A stretch of 64,000 bases of DNA from assembly GCF_964355755.1 (NCBI RefSeq), contig NC_092671.1:37520304-37584303 (forward strand), written 5' to 3'. Below are positions 37,801 to 52,029 of this stretch, piece after piece. Within the stretch, counting starts at the first letter, position 1, and the number at the start of each line of letters is the position of its first letter. Origin of the DNA: Antedon mediterranea (taxonomy: Eukaryota > Animalia > Echinodermata). The position numbers and the translations under genes were made by a program. The notes under the pieces are model-generated. The model saw only the letters and a program-made list of their open reading frames with translations, made no database searches and had not been told where the DNA came from.

Positions 37801-40492
37801 CATGACAATCTTAAGCTCAAACTAGTGTGATGTGCCCAAATATGGTAGTGATATGTCCAAATATGGTAGTGATATGTCCAAATATGGTAGTGATATGACA
37901 TCATCACGTCTATAGGCACATCGCATGTTTGTGTCACAATTGTCAAATACATATATTGGACAAGTATGGTGATTTAGGATAAGAAAGTCTAAGAAATGTC
38001 AAACATGATTCCTGTGATAATATAGCAAAATCACATTTGTGACAACAAAAATGACCATATTTAAGCATATCACCACCATATTTAGGCACATTACTTTTTT
38101 TTGTCACATGAAGTTTAATAGTGTAGACATAGCTTTAAGAAGTTGAATTAACTAGAACAAAGCACAAAATAACAATTTACTGATCAGTGATTATCTAGTA
38201 AATTACTGTAATATAATTACAGTTAAATATATTTACCATAATGGACAGACATTAAAAATATGATATGATGCACAAAAAGTGCAATTCACTCGCATTCTGT
38301 CGGTGTTGATACTGGCTAATTACGATTTAGGAAGACTTGTGTTGTTTCAACAATGCATTCAACTTTCAACTGTATTAAATATATGTGTATATATATATGT
38401 AGGCCAGAATTTAATTGTAATGCTTTTAAAGATTTTATTAGTTGTTCACCTGACCTTAAATTAGTTTTTTTTTACTTGATTTATTTAAAACATTTGTTGC
38501 CACTTAATCGAAAGAATGATGAAATATAAATTGAATATTGGCGATACAATACATGATACAGTACTTTACCTACATCTTATTAAACTATACACATTGCTTA
38601 AAATAATAGGAATCAATGTTATCAGAGGCATATTGAGTAAAAATTGGGGTAAATTTACTTGTTTTGGATTTCTCCATCTATATGTGAACTTTATTCAATC
38701 AATCGTACATTTGTTATAATGGTAACCACAATAAGGTATAATATTACAGTAGATTTTTACAAAAAAACAAGACCAATATAAATATTAATTATAAAATATA
38801 TACAATGATTATTTACAGTAATGATAATAATAAAAATTAATTGTTTATATTGACTATTATTGGAAACAGAAGTTGAATAATAAAATACTGGAAAGTTTAA
38901 TTAGAGGTTTATAATCAATGGAAAAGTAGAAAACATATAATATTGTAAGTATTAAAAGTAGCAGTGTTTAGGGAGATTACTGTATATTGGTAACGATTGA
39001 ACATGGTTTTAAGCAAAAGTTATATATTGATTGATTGAATCGGGCATCACTATAAGCAAAGCTTTAAAATGTGATGTCCTATGTAACAATTAAAAATTGC
39101 AAAAAATAAATAAATAAATAAATTACAAATAAAATACAGTAGAACCAATCCCTATCACAGAACATGTTTTGTCCTAAATCTGTGTTTTTATTGTATGGTT
39201 CATACAGTAGCCCTATTTTCCTATTTTTAATTCACTTGTACATTGACTATAAGACTAGTAACAGACGCTTTTCCAGTGTAATGCTTATCCCATATCTATC
39301 TCCTATTTCATCAAATCCCACCTTTTTAATTTGCAAATTAACTTTTTGCTATTTTTTTTCTTTCTGTTAATTGTTCAGTGCTTAGAGGAGTCCTGCATTT
39401 TGTGTTATATTAAATTGAACATTATTATTGTTAATTAATTTAAGTACAATCTTATATAATATAAGGTATTTAATTTTGATAATACCAAGTTATATGATGC
39501 TTAAACATTCTTTTATTGGTTGTAAATATTTTTAAGCTCTGTCTACACTATCAAACTAGTTTGACAAAGTGTGATGTGCCCAAATATGGTAGTGATATGC
39601 TTAAATATGGTAGTGATATAACATCATCATGTCCATATATGGGCACATCACATTTTTTTTGTCACATAAAGTTTGATGTGTAGTCAGAGCTTTAGACATC
39701 AAATTGTTTATATAGATAGCAAAGATTGCATTAAAAGCATCCTTAATACAACAGTGGTAATTTATCATGTTCTCACTCCAGCTGACTTATTTCTTTCCAA
39801 GACTCTTATAAAAATAAAAATCTACTCTGTCTATGGCCAAGGAATGTCTTGGTATCTTAATTGGTTGAACCAGTATTTGGACGAACAACACTTACCATAT
39901 CTGTATTGAAAGGAAAGATAAAAGTTTTTCATTTATATTATATTATTGTGCAGTAAAATTAACACCAATTGATATAGTATGTCTATAAGAATGAAGCCCC
40001 TGCCTACCAAGAACAGTAGCTTCTCAAAGGTACTGTATGCTTGATATTATTTTATAACTTTTAATAATGAATAAAGCTCTAAGAATTCTGTTCTCGTACT
40101 ACCGGAAGGAAGTTTGTTTGGTACTGTTACCTCAGTCAAACCAAATAAGATGTATTGTACATAACACTAAAATAGTACAGTAGCTTTTCAAATGTACCGT
40201 ATGTTTATATTATTTTATTACTGTTAATCATTAGTTTTGTTCCTGTAGTACAGTAGTAAATTTGGTTTGAGATGTCTAGATACTCAAACAAAATCAAATA
40301 CACTAAAATAACTATGTTATATTGATATGTTAAAATAAATACAAATTGTTTTTAAAAATCAAAGTTTCTATTTATAAAATATATTATAATACTAAATAGT
40401 ACTTTTTTATTATTACAGTAAGATAGATTTAAGAACTTTTTTTTACAGTAAACATTGAGTTTTGTGTTTTGATAAACTAGTTTTACACTCAC

Positions 40493-40770
40493 AGATTTAA
40501 ACTGATCTGAATCTTATCGCATATTTAAACTGATCTGAATCTTATCGCAGATTTAAACTGATCTGAATCTTATCGCAGATTTAAACTGATCTGAATCTTA
40601 TCGCAGATTTAAACTGATCTGAATCTTATTGCAGATTTAAACTGATCTGAATCTTATCGCAGATTTAAACTGATCTGAATCTTATCGCAGATTTAAACTG
40701 ATCTGAATCTTATCGCAGATTTAAACTGATCTGAATTTTATCGCAGATTTAAACTGATCTGAATCTTATC
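40493..40770. repeat. 28-bp VNTR, ~10 units
   Basis: Unit AGATTTAAACTGATCTGAATCTTATCGC. Confidence 0.96.
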
Positions 40771-43700
40771 CGTGTTACAGACGTAATTGATCATGTGATA
40801 AGTTGACTTTCTTTTCTTTATTATTTCAGTGCTTTGGGTCAATATGTATTGTTGAATCCCTATATAAATTCAACCATCAACACTTTAAACATTATACATC
40901 CATTTTGTTGATTTTCTTGTATATCCATGTTGTTGACGCTGATTTAACTCTAATTGTACCGTACACCCGACATTTAAGATCTATCTAACTAGTTTGACAA
41001 AAAAGGGGTGATGTTCACAAATATGGTAGTGATATGACATCATCATGTCTAAAGCTCTGCCTACACTATCAAACTTTATGTGACACAAAATAATGTGATG
41101 TGCCCATATATGGACATGATGATGTTATACCACTACCATATTTGGGCATATCACCACCATATTTGGGAAAATCACACTTTTTTGTCAAACTAGTTTAATA
41201 GTGTAGACAGATCTTAATAATTGCTACATCACATTTTTTGTCACATAAAGTTTGATAGTGTAGACAGAGCTTTAGACATTCGAACTTATAATCTAGACTG
41301 TAATGTCTTTTTTCTTTCTATGATAGAGAAAAAAAGCATACAAACATAGCTTTCTAACATTCTAAATTTAACTGTGCTATGTAATGTAAACATTAAGCAC
41401 ACCTTTCTCCCATAAGGTGTCAGTTGATACAGATGCTTAGGTCATTTAATTCAATTATAAAGTTGATTATTAAGATATAGATTTTATTATTCTTCCTGAT
41501 TAGATCAGTTATAAATTAACCTAGATTTTCTACATTTACATAATAGTACAGGTAATTACATGACGCACAAAATACAAGAGAATAAAACGATGGCAACTCT
41601 AAATGAGACAGAAGACATGTTAAGAATATTGATGATTATATATTTTAATAATTTCAAGAATTTGATGAACTTTTTCTGTATATTCAATTCAATTCAAAGT
41701 GACATTTATTTTCTTCAAATTAAAACAGTATACAAAATGGTGTAAAGAAAGGTAATATGATTGAAGAAGGCATGTTCAAAAAAGCAAAAAGCTTGTGACA
41801 GACATGCCTAAACATAGATTAGATTTAAACAACACGGAAAAAGAAAAAAATAAAATAAAGAAATAACAATATATAAATTTACATAACATGGGTTAAACTA
41901 AATAAGAAAAATAACTAAAAAAATAATTTTGGTATAAATTAAGAATTGTTCATCTTCTTGTTACTCATCATTATAATTATTATCATAAAATGTAATATAA
42001 TAAATTATTAACAAAAGTGTCACTGCATGAACATTTGGCTATTGGGTCAAATGCTTGCTTTTGTAAATACTTCTGTATGGTATATGAAAAAATAGATACA
42101 GCCGATCCGTGAAAATTATCAAATATCGTTGAACGTTAAAACATACAGTATATATTGGCACTGAACACGTAAACTTGTTTTGTCTATGTGACTTCATGTA
42201 ATTCTTTTTTTTGTATAGATTGTGATCCTGAGTTAGCGGTGATGGTGTATACCATACTCCGGTTTGGGTGCTAGCTAGCTAGTTTTTTGTTGTCTTCCTT
42301 TTGGTTTCTATTCTTTCTCTTTATTGTCGAGCACATAGAGACATTGTTTATTTGCGCTATATAAATCTATCTATTATTTATTATTATGAGAGACGATGGT
42401 GATGAAAGCTTTTGAGTCTTTATGCTCTATTTCGCCCCTCAACAAAATGATACTTTTTTTGTTGTTGTATTTGTTTAGTCTATGTTATTGTTTGATTTTG
42501 GTATGAAATAATTTTTGAATTGAATTGAATCTTTATTTTTTCAAAAAACATTATAAAACAATTTCAAGTCAAGCTATTATCATAACATACCAGTTATTTC
42601 ACAATTCAGATTATGAACAAATTTTCATAAAGTCTTCCGACTTTTAAATGAGTGAAAACAAATAATCCCTAAAGACTAAAACCTGCAGTGAATTCCCAAC
42701 CTCATTATGTCTTGGATCAGTATGTTTATTTATGTGGTATTATATATTAATTGCATCTAAGACTTTGATAATTATGTTGTACACACTTTATAATAGTTTA
42801 GTATACTTTTATAGGCTATTGAGAGCTTGTTCTGTCATGTTATAGAATACTGCATAGACACAAGATTAAAGTGGTACGGTTGTCGCAAAGGAGGGAACAA
42901 TCTTCTGCCTAAAAAGTGGTCAGGTTGAAACTATACCAACCGTACTGGTGGCTACGGCCCTGGTAGAAACTATTAAAGAGACGCATTCAGGACATAACAA
43001 ATTATTACATTATGGTGGTATCTCGTCAATAGGGATTCATTCATGAGAAAGTGTCGCCTTAAAGTATGTCCTAAAGCTCTGTCTGCACTAGCAAAATCTA
43101 GTTTGACAAAAAATGTGTGATGTGCCCATATATGGTAGTGATATGCACAAATATGGTAGTGACATACCCAAATATGGTAGTGATATGAAATCATAATGTC
43201 CATATATGGGCATATTGCTGTTTTTGTCATAAAGTTTGATAGTGTAGAGAGAGCATAAAGGAGGGATTATACAAATTTGTATACTACCATAATAGTAAAA
43301 CTGTATGGTAAATTGGAGATACCTGTAAAATAAATAAATGAAACCAAACATATGGTACAAAAAGAACACTTATTAAATAGGACATTTGTCCTTGAGACAA
43401 TATTAGTTACAGTATTGAATGATAAAAGAGAAAGTTTTATGCAATGTATTTTTTTTTATGTAAATATACCATCATTAAAAAATATATATACATAATATTG
43501 TATAGTATACTAAAGTACATGTAAAGTACTTTCATTTTAGAATCATCTCACAAGATTTATTTTCTCTTTGTGGTTCATATTTGACCTTTGATTTTCTCTA
43601 GATGGAAAAATATAATTTGTATCCATATTTGAGCATTTAAGTAAAGACTAATTGTGCTATTAGTGCAAGAAGAAAACGGTAATTGAGGCCTAGTAATTAT

Positions 43701-45564
43701 ACAGATTGTTGTGTAGCTATTGCTGCCGTATTCTCAAACAATCTTTCTTTGTTTATACTCCCAGATTATCTAATACTTGCCAATGAAACTGATATACCTG
43801 GTACTCAATATTTTTCAATGTTGTAAAAAGTTAGTACAAGGGGAAAAACTTTCTATTTCATATCTAGCTTATGAAACTAAATAAACTAATATGTCTAGAG
43901 CGCTAGTACTACTGTATATTCACTTAAAACTAGAAATACCAATTTATAAAAAAAGTTTAAATACGGTCCTACTGTATATGGATGATAAATACAATTAAAT
44001 AAATAACATTTGTTCTGCCGATGGTGAGCTTTTGACCTGCAAACTCCAGGTTTTTGCTACCCGGTTTGAAAGACTACCATAATCAATATTTGGTTGTGTA
44101 TTTACAAGTAGAAATTAACTCAATATAAATTGATATGCGTAAATGACGTTTCATTTAATTTTTTTAATTGATGCTTGAAAAGCATAAAATGCCATTGTGT
44201 ATCTTTGTCAATCATCTGACGTTTTAAAAAATATTTAACATACTGAATCTGAAACGTAGGAGACCTTTGCGAAAACTCTGGAGATTTTCCACCAAATTAT
44301 ATTCACACTATGCAAACCTGGTTATAAGTTGTTACATATTTCAGATGTGAAAAGGGTATTTCAAGTTTTTCTAACTGCACCGCAGATTCAGCATTTGTAG
44401 AGCACTACATGTTTCTGTTCATTAAAATTCTATTAAATTATAACTAAAATATAATACTACTTATGTAGTTATTTCGCAATATGCAACAGAAACACCCAAT
44501 GATTTCGATCGATACATTAATGCAAGATTTATAAAAATAATGTAAGATGACGAATGATGATTTAATGTCAAGTATGAAATCAATTGCATTAATAAATAAC
44601 TAGAAATCAAATCATTTTATTTTTTCACTCTGGGGAGTTGTAGGCCATCATATACAAATTAGCTAATATTTATGGGATTTGGTTTGGCGAACTTAATAAA
44701 AGCCAATAAATTTGGATTTAATCTGATTTTTAATTTACTAACAGTATTTGTTTTTCTTGTGTAATATTTCCATTTAAAAATAATGTATTTTATGTTCAGA
44801 TTTTCAATTTTTTTAAAAAGTTACAAGTTATTCACTTATAAAAAGACAAAAAAAAACATCTTTTTTTTTCAGCTAAATTATTTTTTTTTTCGATTCAATT
44901 TTTGTTCAAAGTGAATAACTATATGTGACATTAAAATGGCATATTAAAAAAAATGTGGAAAATTTTTTTTTTTTTAGGACATATCTTTAAGCTATGACGT
45001 AAGGTAATAAAGTTCAGAAAAGAAAAAAACTTTAACAACATTAAAAACAATGTTTATGTTTATACATTCAAGAGATTTACATTTTTTTAAAGTAACATCA
45101 AACAAGACTTTAACTTCAACTACCATATAAAACTCACAATACGCACATGATTGAATGGGTTACTAGTGTTAATACTGTATACATCAATAAAACTACAAAT
45201 TTGGATGGCATGAGTTTAGTGTTACAAATGTTACCTCAAATTACCATATTTATTGATAATGCACATAAAGATATCGACCCTGTCATTTACAACTTAACAA
45301 TGTGTTGGCACTGGGTTTTATAATTAATGTGTTTTATATCAAATTAGCTATTAAATTTATTGCAATCAATTTACCTTTCAACAAATTGATTTGCTGTTTT
45401 TTATGTCGCATAGAAGACATGGATTTGTGATCCCTCCTTTACTGATGTTTTCTAGTTCAGTTATTGTGATGCAATGACCTTTTTAATTTGTTGTTAAACA
45501 GCATACAATATATATTGGGAAAATGAGTTGAAATTATCAAGTTTTTCTTCTATTATTTGTTATC

Positions 45565-46295
45565 ATCTCTCCTTCTTTGCTCTTTACCTTCCCTTCCTCT
45601 TTCTTACTCACTTCTTTCTCTTCCTCTTGTTCCTTCTCTTCTCCTTCCATTCCTTCTTCCTTTTTCCCTTTTCTTATCCTCCTTCCCTTCTCCTTTCTTC
45701 CCCTTTTTTCTCTTCCTTCCTTCCCTCCTTTCCTTATCCTTCCCTCCTTTCCTTATCCTTTCTTCCCTCCTTTCCTCTTCCTTCCTTCCTTTCCTCATCC
45801 TTCCCTCCCTTCCTTCTCCTTTCCTCTCTTCTCCTTTCTTCCCCCTCTTCCTTTCCTCACTTCCTCTTTCTTCTCTCCCTTCCACTTCCCTCCCTTCTCC
45901 TTTCTTTCTTCCCTCCCTTCCTTTTCCTTCCCTCCCTTCTCCTTTCTTCCCTCCCTTCCTTCTCCTTTCCTCTCTTCTCCTTTCTTCTCCCTCTTCCTCT
46001 TCCTTTCCTCACTTCCTCTTTCTTCTCTCCCTTCCACTTCCCTCCCTTCTCCTTTCTTTCTTCCCTCCCTTCCTTTTCCTTCCCTCCCTTCTCCTTTCTT
46101 CCCTCCCTTCCTTTTCCTTCCCTCCCTTCTCCTTTCTTCCCTTCCTTCCTTCCTTTTCCCTCCCTTCTCCTTTCTTCCCTCCCTTCCTTCTGCCCTCTCT
46201 TCTCCTTTCTTCCCTCCCTTCCTTTTCCCTCTCTTCTTTCTTCCCTCTCTTTCCTCTTCTTTTCTTCCCTTTTCTTTTCCCTAACCCTTTCCTCA
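45565..46295. repeat. Polypyrimidine/polypurine (CT-rich) low-complexity tract
   Basis: Almost entirely C/T on the + strand, with an internal ~152-bp re-duplication. The long ORFs here are artefacts. Confidence 0.97.
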
Positions 46296-46919
46296 TCATG
46301 TATCCACTACTAATTGGTATAAATAAATGGAGCAGATACCTGGAATCATTGGTTTTAAAACATGTAAAAATTCACAAAACTTTGTACTGTATATGTCGGT
46401 TGGCTTAGTAAGGTCTTGTTACAAAGAATCAAAAAGCAATTTGTAATGAGAGAAAAGATCATTAAGTTAAAGAGACGCATTTTATAGGATGCTTTTAAAT
46501 ATCAGAAGTTACAAATACAGTTAATAAAAACACTTAATTTATGCCAACCAGTTTTCATCGCTAGCATTTATATCTCATATTTTTATTAATTTTGAAATAT
46601 TTATTAAAGTATGTGTATAACTACAGTAATTTTATGATGAAGCATATAATATTATCATTCATACAAACCTATTTTAATGGAAAAAACACTTAATCCTCAC
46701 CTCCCCTTCCCTCCAACCCCCCTTCCCCACTCCCGAGATCAACATGCATTAATATCTCCTTATTTTCAAAATACGGCTGCATCATAAACGACCAGTCATT
46801 TTGTCAATAGTTTTTGTGATTGGGTGGGTTACTATTATTTGAAGGGGGTTACTATTAGAAGATTTACGGTATTTATTTTAGTCCTCAAGCTTAACTAGAA
46901 ACTGGGGAAATTCAGATTA

Positions 46920-47130
46920 AGCCCTTTACGGACCCACGGCAGCCAACAGTGCAGTGCCTACCAGATCAGCACACGATAAGACGATACCCGACTCTTTTTA
47001 ACGTGCACTACACCTAAACAGTATGTACCCGGGAAAAACAGCTTTAATTCCCATCCGAAGGATGAGGCAATTACAGTAAGCATCTCGCCTATGGATGCAA
47101 TCAGTATGGAACTGATGGACTCAAACTCAC
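46920..47130 (-). mobile_element. Degenerate SINE
   Basis: TTTAACGTGCAC and CCCATCCGAAGGA core-like motifs; degenerate B-box at ~47115-47130. Confidence 0.55.
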
Positions 47131-48465
47131 GCCGATTGCATTAATCATTATTATTGTCTGTCAAAATAACATTACATAAAAAATTATTTCATAATTTCAT
47201 AAAGCTATCCAAGAGGAGTGTGTGCCCCCTAGCACTCCTCCTTCATGGATTCAGTATACACTTATTAAATTAAGGATGCATAGTTTTAATATCACAATTC
47301 AGTGCCATAGCCATGAGAAATAAAGTGGTGCAGTGATTGCAAGAAAAGAGTACAATCTCTGTGTGGACCATTGGGTTAACTCTGAGAAAAAGTGGTCCAG
47401 TTAAAACCTTACCAACCGTACTCTGGCCTTGTAATTTAAATAACCCAATAAAACAACCGTTTATACTTGGGACATTTCAAACCTGGCTTTGATATTCGTC
47501 AAAACGATTTACAAATACGCAACAGGGATCAGCTCAGAAATTTAGAAATTGAAAGAAAAAGTCAGTTTAAAACCTTTCAAACCGTATTGGTGGCTATACG
47601 GCCCTGCAATTTCAGAGCCTGGTCGTGATATTTGTCAAAACGAATACGCTATACGAATATGCAACAGGGATCAGTTCAGGAGTTTAGAAATTGTATGACG
47701 ATCTGTAAAAACGTAGTTGTACGGTTGCGAAAACTCCCTATTGATGTATTTAAACAGATAATATTATTTAAAAGATGTTTCTTGATCACTGATAAGAAAT
47801 AAGAAATAGTATATTTACCGGTGAGAAATGAACAGTAATTACACAGGTGGGAATAGTGACCGAGACAGCTTTGTGTAATTAGGAGTTGTTGATGAAACTA
47901 AATTCTCGTGAATAAGAAAACTAGAAAGCTTATAATTCCGATGGGATATTCAATAATGGTAACCATTTCTATAATGTGCATCAAGAATAGAATTTGTATA
48001 TTTTTTAATTATTTGCTAGACTCGAAATATTATTTTTTTATTCTATGTTGTTACCAAGATTATAAACTTCAATTCATTTAATAAATTTAAATTGTTTTTG
48101 AGTTGTTGATTTCAACTCTGTGTATCTAGAAAAACAGTACTTAAAGCTACCACACATTTTTTTTCTGTATGCAAGATAGATGATAACTTGAAAATGAAAT
48201 TAAGTAAATAAATTCTTGGGTTGTAAGTTTAAATGAGTAGATAACAATGGAAATATAATCTTTAAGTTCTGTCTACACTATCAAACTTTATGTGACAAGA
48301 ACAATAGATATGATGAATGGCTAGTGTTGCTCGAAAGCTCTGCTTACTTTTCTGTCTGTTTTACTTATCGTTTTGATTAATAGCTTTTCGCTTTTTTTGT
48401 ATCTCCATTGAGATCCTGCCACTGATACCCACAGCATTGTCATTTTTTCAGTAATTTGCCTTTGG

Positions 48466-48500
<35 letters not shown>

Positions 48501-51500
48501 CATGAATGTCATATCACTACCATATTTGAGCATATCACTACCATGGGCACATCACACTTTTTTGTCAAACTAGTTTAATAGTGTAGATAGAGCTTTATGC
48601 AAAGTGTACAATAATCAATGTCATTAAAAGACAACAATTAATTTTAATTAACACCCTAGAGTTTTGACTATTCAGATTTAATAGCTTTAAATGTTAACTG
48701 TAAATGAAAATAGTTTGAGCAAAATTATTTAGTACTTTAAGCTCTGTCTACACTATCAAAAAGTGTGATATGCCCAAATATGGTAGTGATATGCTCAAAT
48801 ATGGTAGTGATGTGACATCATCATGTCCATATATGGGCACATCACATTTTTTGTCACATAAAGTTTGATAGTGTAAACAGAGCTAATCTAATCTATTTTA
48901 ATGCTCTTTCTACACTATCAAACTAGTTTGGGAAAAAAAAGTGTATGATGTACCCAAATATAGTAGTGATATTCCCAAATATAGTAGTGATATGACATCA
49001 TCATATCTATATATGGGCACATCATATTTTAAGTTCGATAGTGTAGACAGAGCTTAAGCAATACCATTTCAGCTGTTGATGATCAAGCACATAGTGATTA
49101 TTGTCACAAAGACATCATAATGATGACGGCATTGTAAGCTTAATACATATTTGATATGCACTTGATTTCCACAATTACACACAAGTTCAATATCTATTAA
49201 TTGTAAACTATTTAAGGTCAAATTTCCAACACAATCTCAACTCAAACTCAAGAGTGTCTATTGAACATCATGGTGAAGTGCAATACATGTTAATAATACT
49301 TGATTTTGTGGCCAAATAAGGTCTTCCTTCACATTTTTTTCCCTTTTTCTAAGTATTATTGTGTCTTGATGTTTCTGGTAACTTCAATGTTTTCTCTGTG
49401 GCCCAACAGAATCTTCCTTTACATCTTTCCGGTGACTTCAATAATGTTTTCTCTAAGGTGAATCTAGAATTTAGAAATAAAAGACATAAGCGATTTAAAT
49501 ACAGTACACAAAATACACATTATTTTGGCTAAAATAACATCTCTTTAACAGAGCCCTTTTATCTACCACTGACACTGTCTTGTGGCAAATAAATATTTTA
49601 ATTGTTTATAAGTTGATTTGGTTGTTTATATTCAGTTTGGAACTGTCTATATACATAGGGCCTCATCTCCACTAAATATCGGACGGATTGTACTGCAGCT
49701 GGTCGCAATATCTATTGTATTGTGACTACCGATTATTCACAATTATTCCGTTTTAGTGCGTCCATGAATAGCTCCGCCCCTCATTATGTGGTTGACTGAT
49801 TACAAGTTGTTGTTATGGAACTTCGCTTGATCGCGACCCACGGCGCCCAGACGGGCCCCTTGACTTGTCTGACTTTAATCAACAAATATACGTAGTAGTA
49901 AAGGCAAACAAATAATAAATACGTGAATACGGCTGCTTCGCTTTCTTGAGTCGGCTTTCTAACATTTGATTTGACCTTTTGATCACGCACAATTGTGTGT
50001 AACAACAGTCAACACGACTTACTTCGTCCAGTTGCGATAGTTTTCGTGTACTGTAGAACTTGTGATTGATAACCGTCAATGACACGCTGCTGCGTTTGAC
50101 TCCGACCACCCTCGCCGGATTGCGACCTAGATTTTTGTAGGAACGCACTTGTCTAGCGGTGTCCCTTTGTGGGAATCGTTCAACATTGGCGGTTTACGCG
50201 TGATATCTCCATCCAGGGACCAAAATGCGTAGTTACTTTCCATCAGGCGCTACACAGCAAAAGACTACGAATTATGTTTACGATCTAGTTCGAATTTTTA
50301 AATTTACGATTAACTCGATTTATACCTAGGTGGGGTACCTAAAATAGACGTTTCATTGCAGGCCTACTGTATAGGCCTACGTAACTAAACTAGAAACATG
50401 CTATTTTCGTTTAGCCAACATATTTTTATTAAGCTACGTTATTAAATGTTCAATGTCCTGTATGTCATGAATTTCTCTCGTACTACTTGAGATAATAAGT
50501 TCCGAAATGGTACGCATAAACCTGGGAGGTAATAAACTGATTTCGCCCAATGGAAAAGGGTCTGTTAGCTTGATATTTGTTGCGGGGAATATTTCGTTTG
50601 TTCCGCCAGTCACGCATGCCATCGGACCTCGCCGACGTGTAATGTGTTTTGAAAATAACAAGTAGGCTAGGTTATTTTTTTATTTATTTATTTTTATTTC
50701 AACAATCTTTACCGAGGGTGGTCCATCCAGCCAAAGCTGATCATTAGGGACCCTCACAAAAATACATTATAACGAGACATAAACATGTAACAACAAAATA
50801 AATTTAAAATAAATATAATTTAAAATTTACATAAAATAAAACAAATTTATTTATTATTATTTTTGTACAACATGTATTTCGATCGGATCGTCGGCTTTTG
50901 TACCTGTTTTGGAATCCCATTTTCTCTTTAGATAAAAATATTATTCTCTATTCAGTGGCGGATCTAGCGGGGGGCGTATCCCCCCCCCCCCCTATTTTTT
51001 AAAGATTTTTTTTTTTTTTTAAATAATTAAATAGAATTTAAAAACACGTATCTTTTCGACGGTCATCAATCACCGATGGTTTGCACATTTTCATAGTGAA
51101 AATAGTACGTCGGAGCACATCGTCAGCTTGATCGCATTCCACCAAGCATGTACGTCGACATCCTTTGTGTACTATCAATCTCTAGCGTTACCAACGATCA
51201 TTCACAGTTTAGTGTAAAAGGAGCAAGTTGATAAAAGCCACGTGGTGAGCTTGGTCGCGTTCCACTAAGCAGGTCGGCATCCTTTGTGATCGTCACTCCC
51301 GTATTGTAGAGTAGCTGTACTCCGACGATCAATAGAGTTGATGAAGCCACATGGTCAGTGCTACTATACTACGCGCCCATTATTAAGTACAATAAAAACA
51401 AAGGCTAGGACTGTATAGTGCCTATGAAAATTATCCCGTTAGGCCTATATTTTATTAAAACGTATTACTATTAAAATATTAACAATGCTGCAGCATTTCA

Positions 51501-52029
51501 TGACCCTTGTTGTTTTATTTGCTTTTCCGTCGATGATTCTCATAAACAAATCGCGATGACAAAAGAGGTGGTGTTTTGTTTTTTTCAAATCACTAAATAT
51601 AATGTAATGATGCTCGAGCCGGACCGCTAATTTTTAAACGATCGTTTAAACCAGGCCGTTGAATATGCCGTGATTTTAATTGTCAAATACATGATCGTCA
51701 GTCGATGGCTCGGAGTTTCGATAAATTTTACGTGGTGGTGGAAAACACTCTCAGCAAGTTTGCTTCATTAATATGCATGAGACTCTGTGACGACCCCCTG
51801 TAACGTGACGTCATTTTACTTTAGCTGCATGCGAAGAAGTAGTCACCGCGATCGACTGATTTTTTGTTGGGTGGTATTCTCATACAGTACTATTTTTCTT
51901 AGATCATGTTAACAGTAAAATAAAGTATGCACCCTACCCGCATTATTAAATAATGCACAACTTATTAGACAAGGATGTATATTAAAACTAAGCAGTCAGT
52001 AACAAAAGCCAACGCAAAGCGAAAATTCA

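Noticed and set aside
40493-40770. 28-bp repeats of CRISPR-like length
   Set aside because: Head-to-tail units with no spacers, in a eukaryotic context.
45528-46408. Long F/L/P/S-rich and R/K/E/G-rich ORFs
   Set aside because: A CT-only tract cannot contain stop codons; no coding evidence.
50434-50661. 75-aa ORF as a Harbinger Myb/SANT or captured gene
   Set aside because: No recognisable motif and no downstream exons identified.
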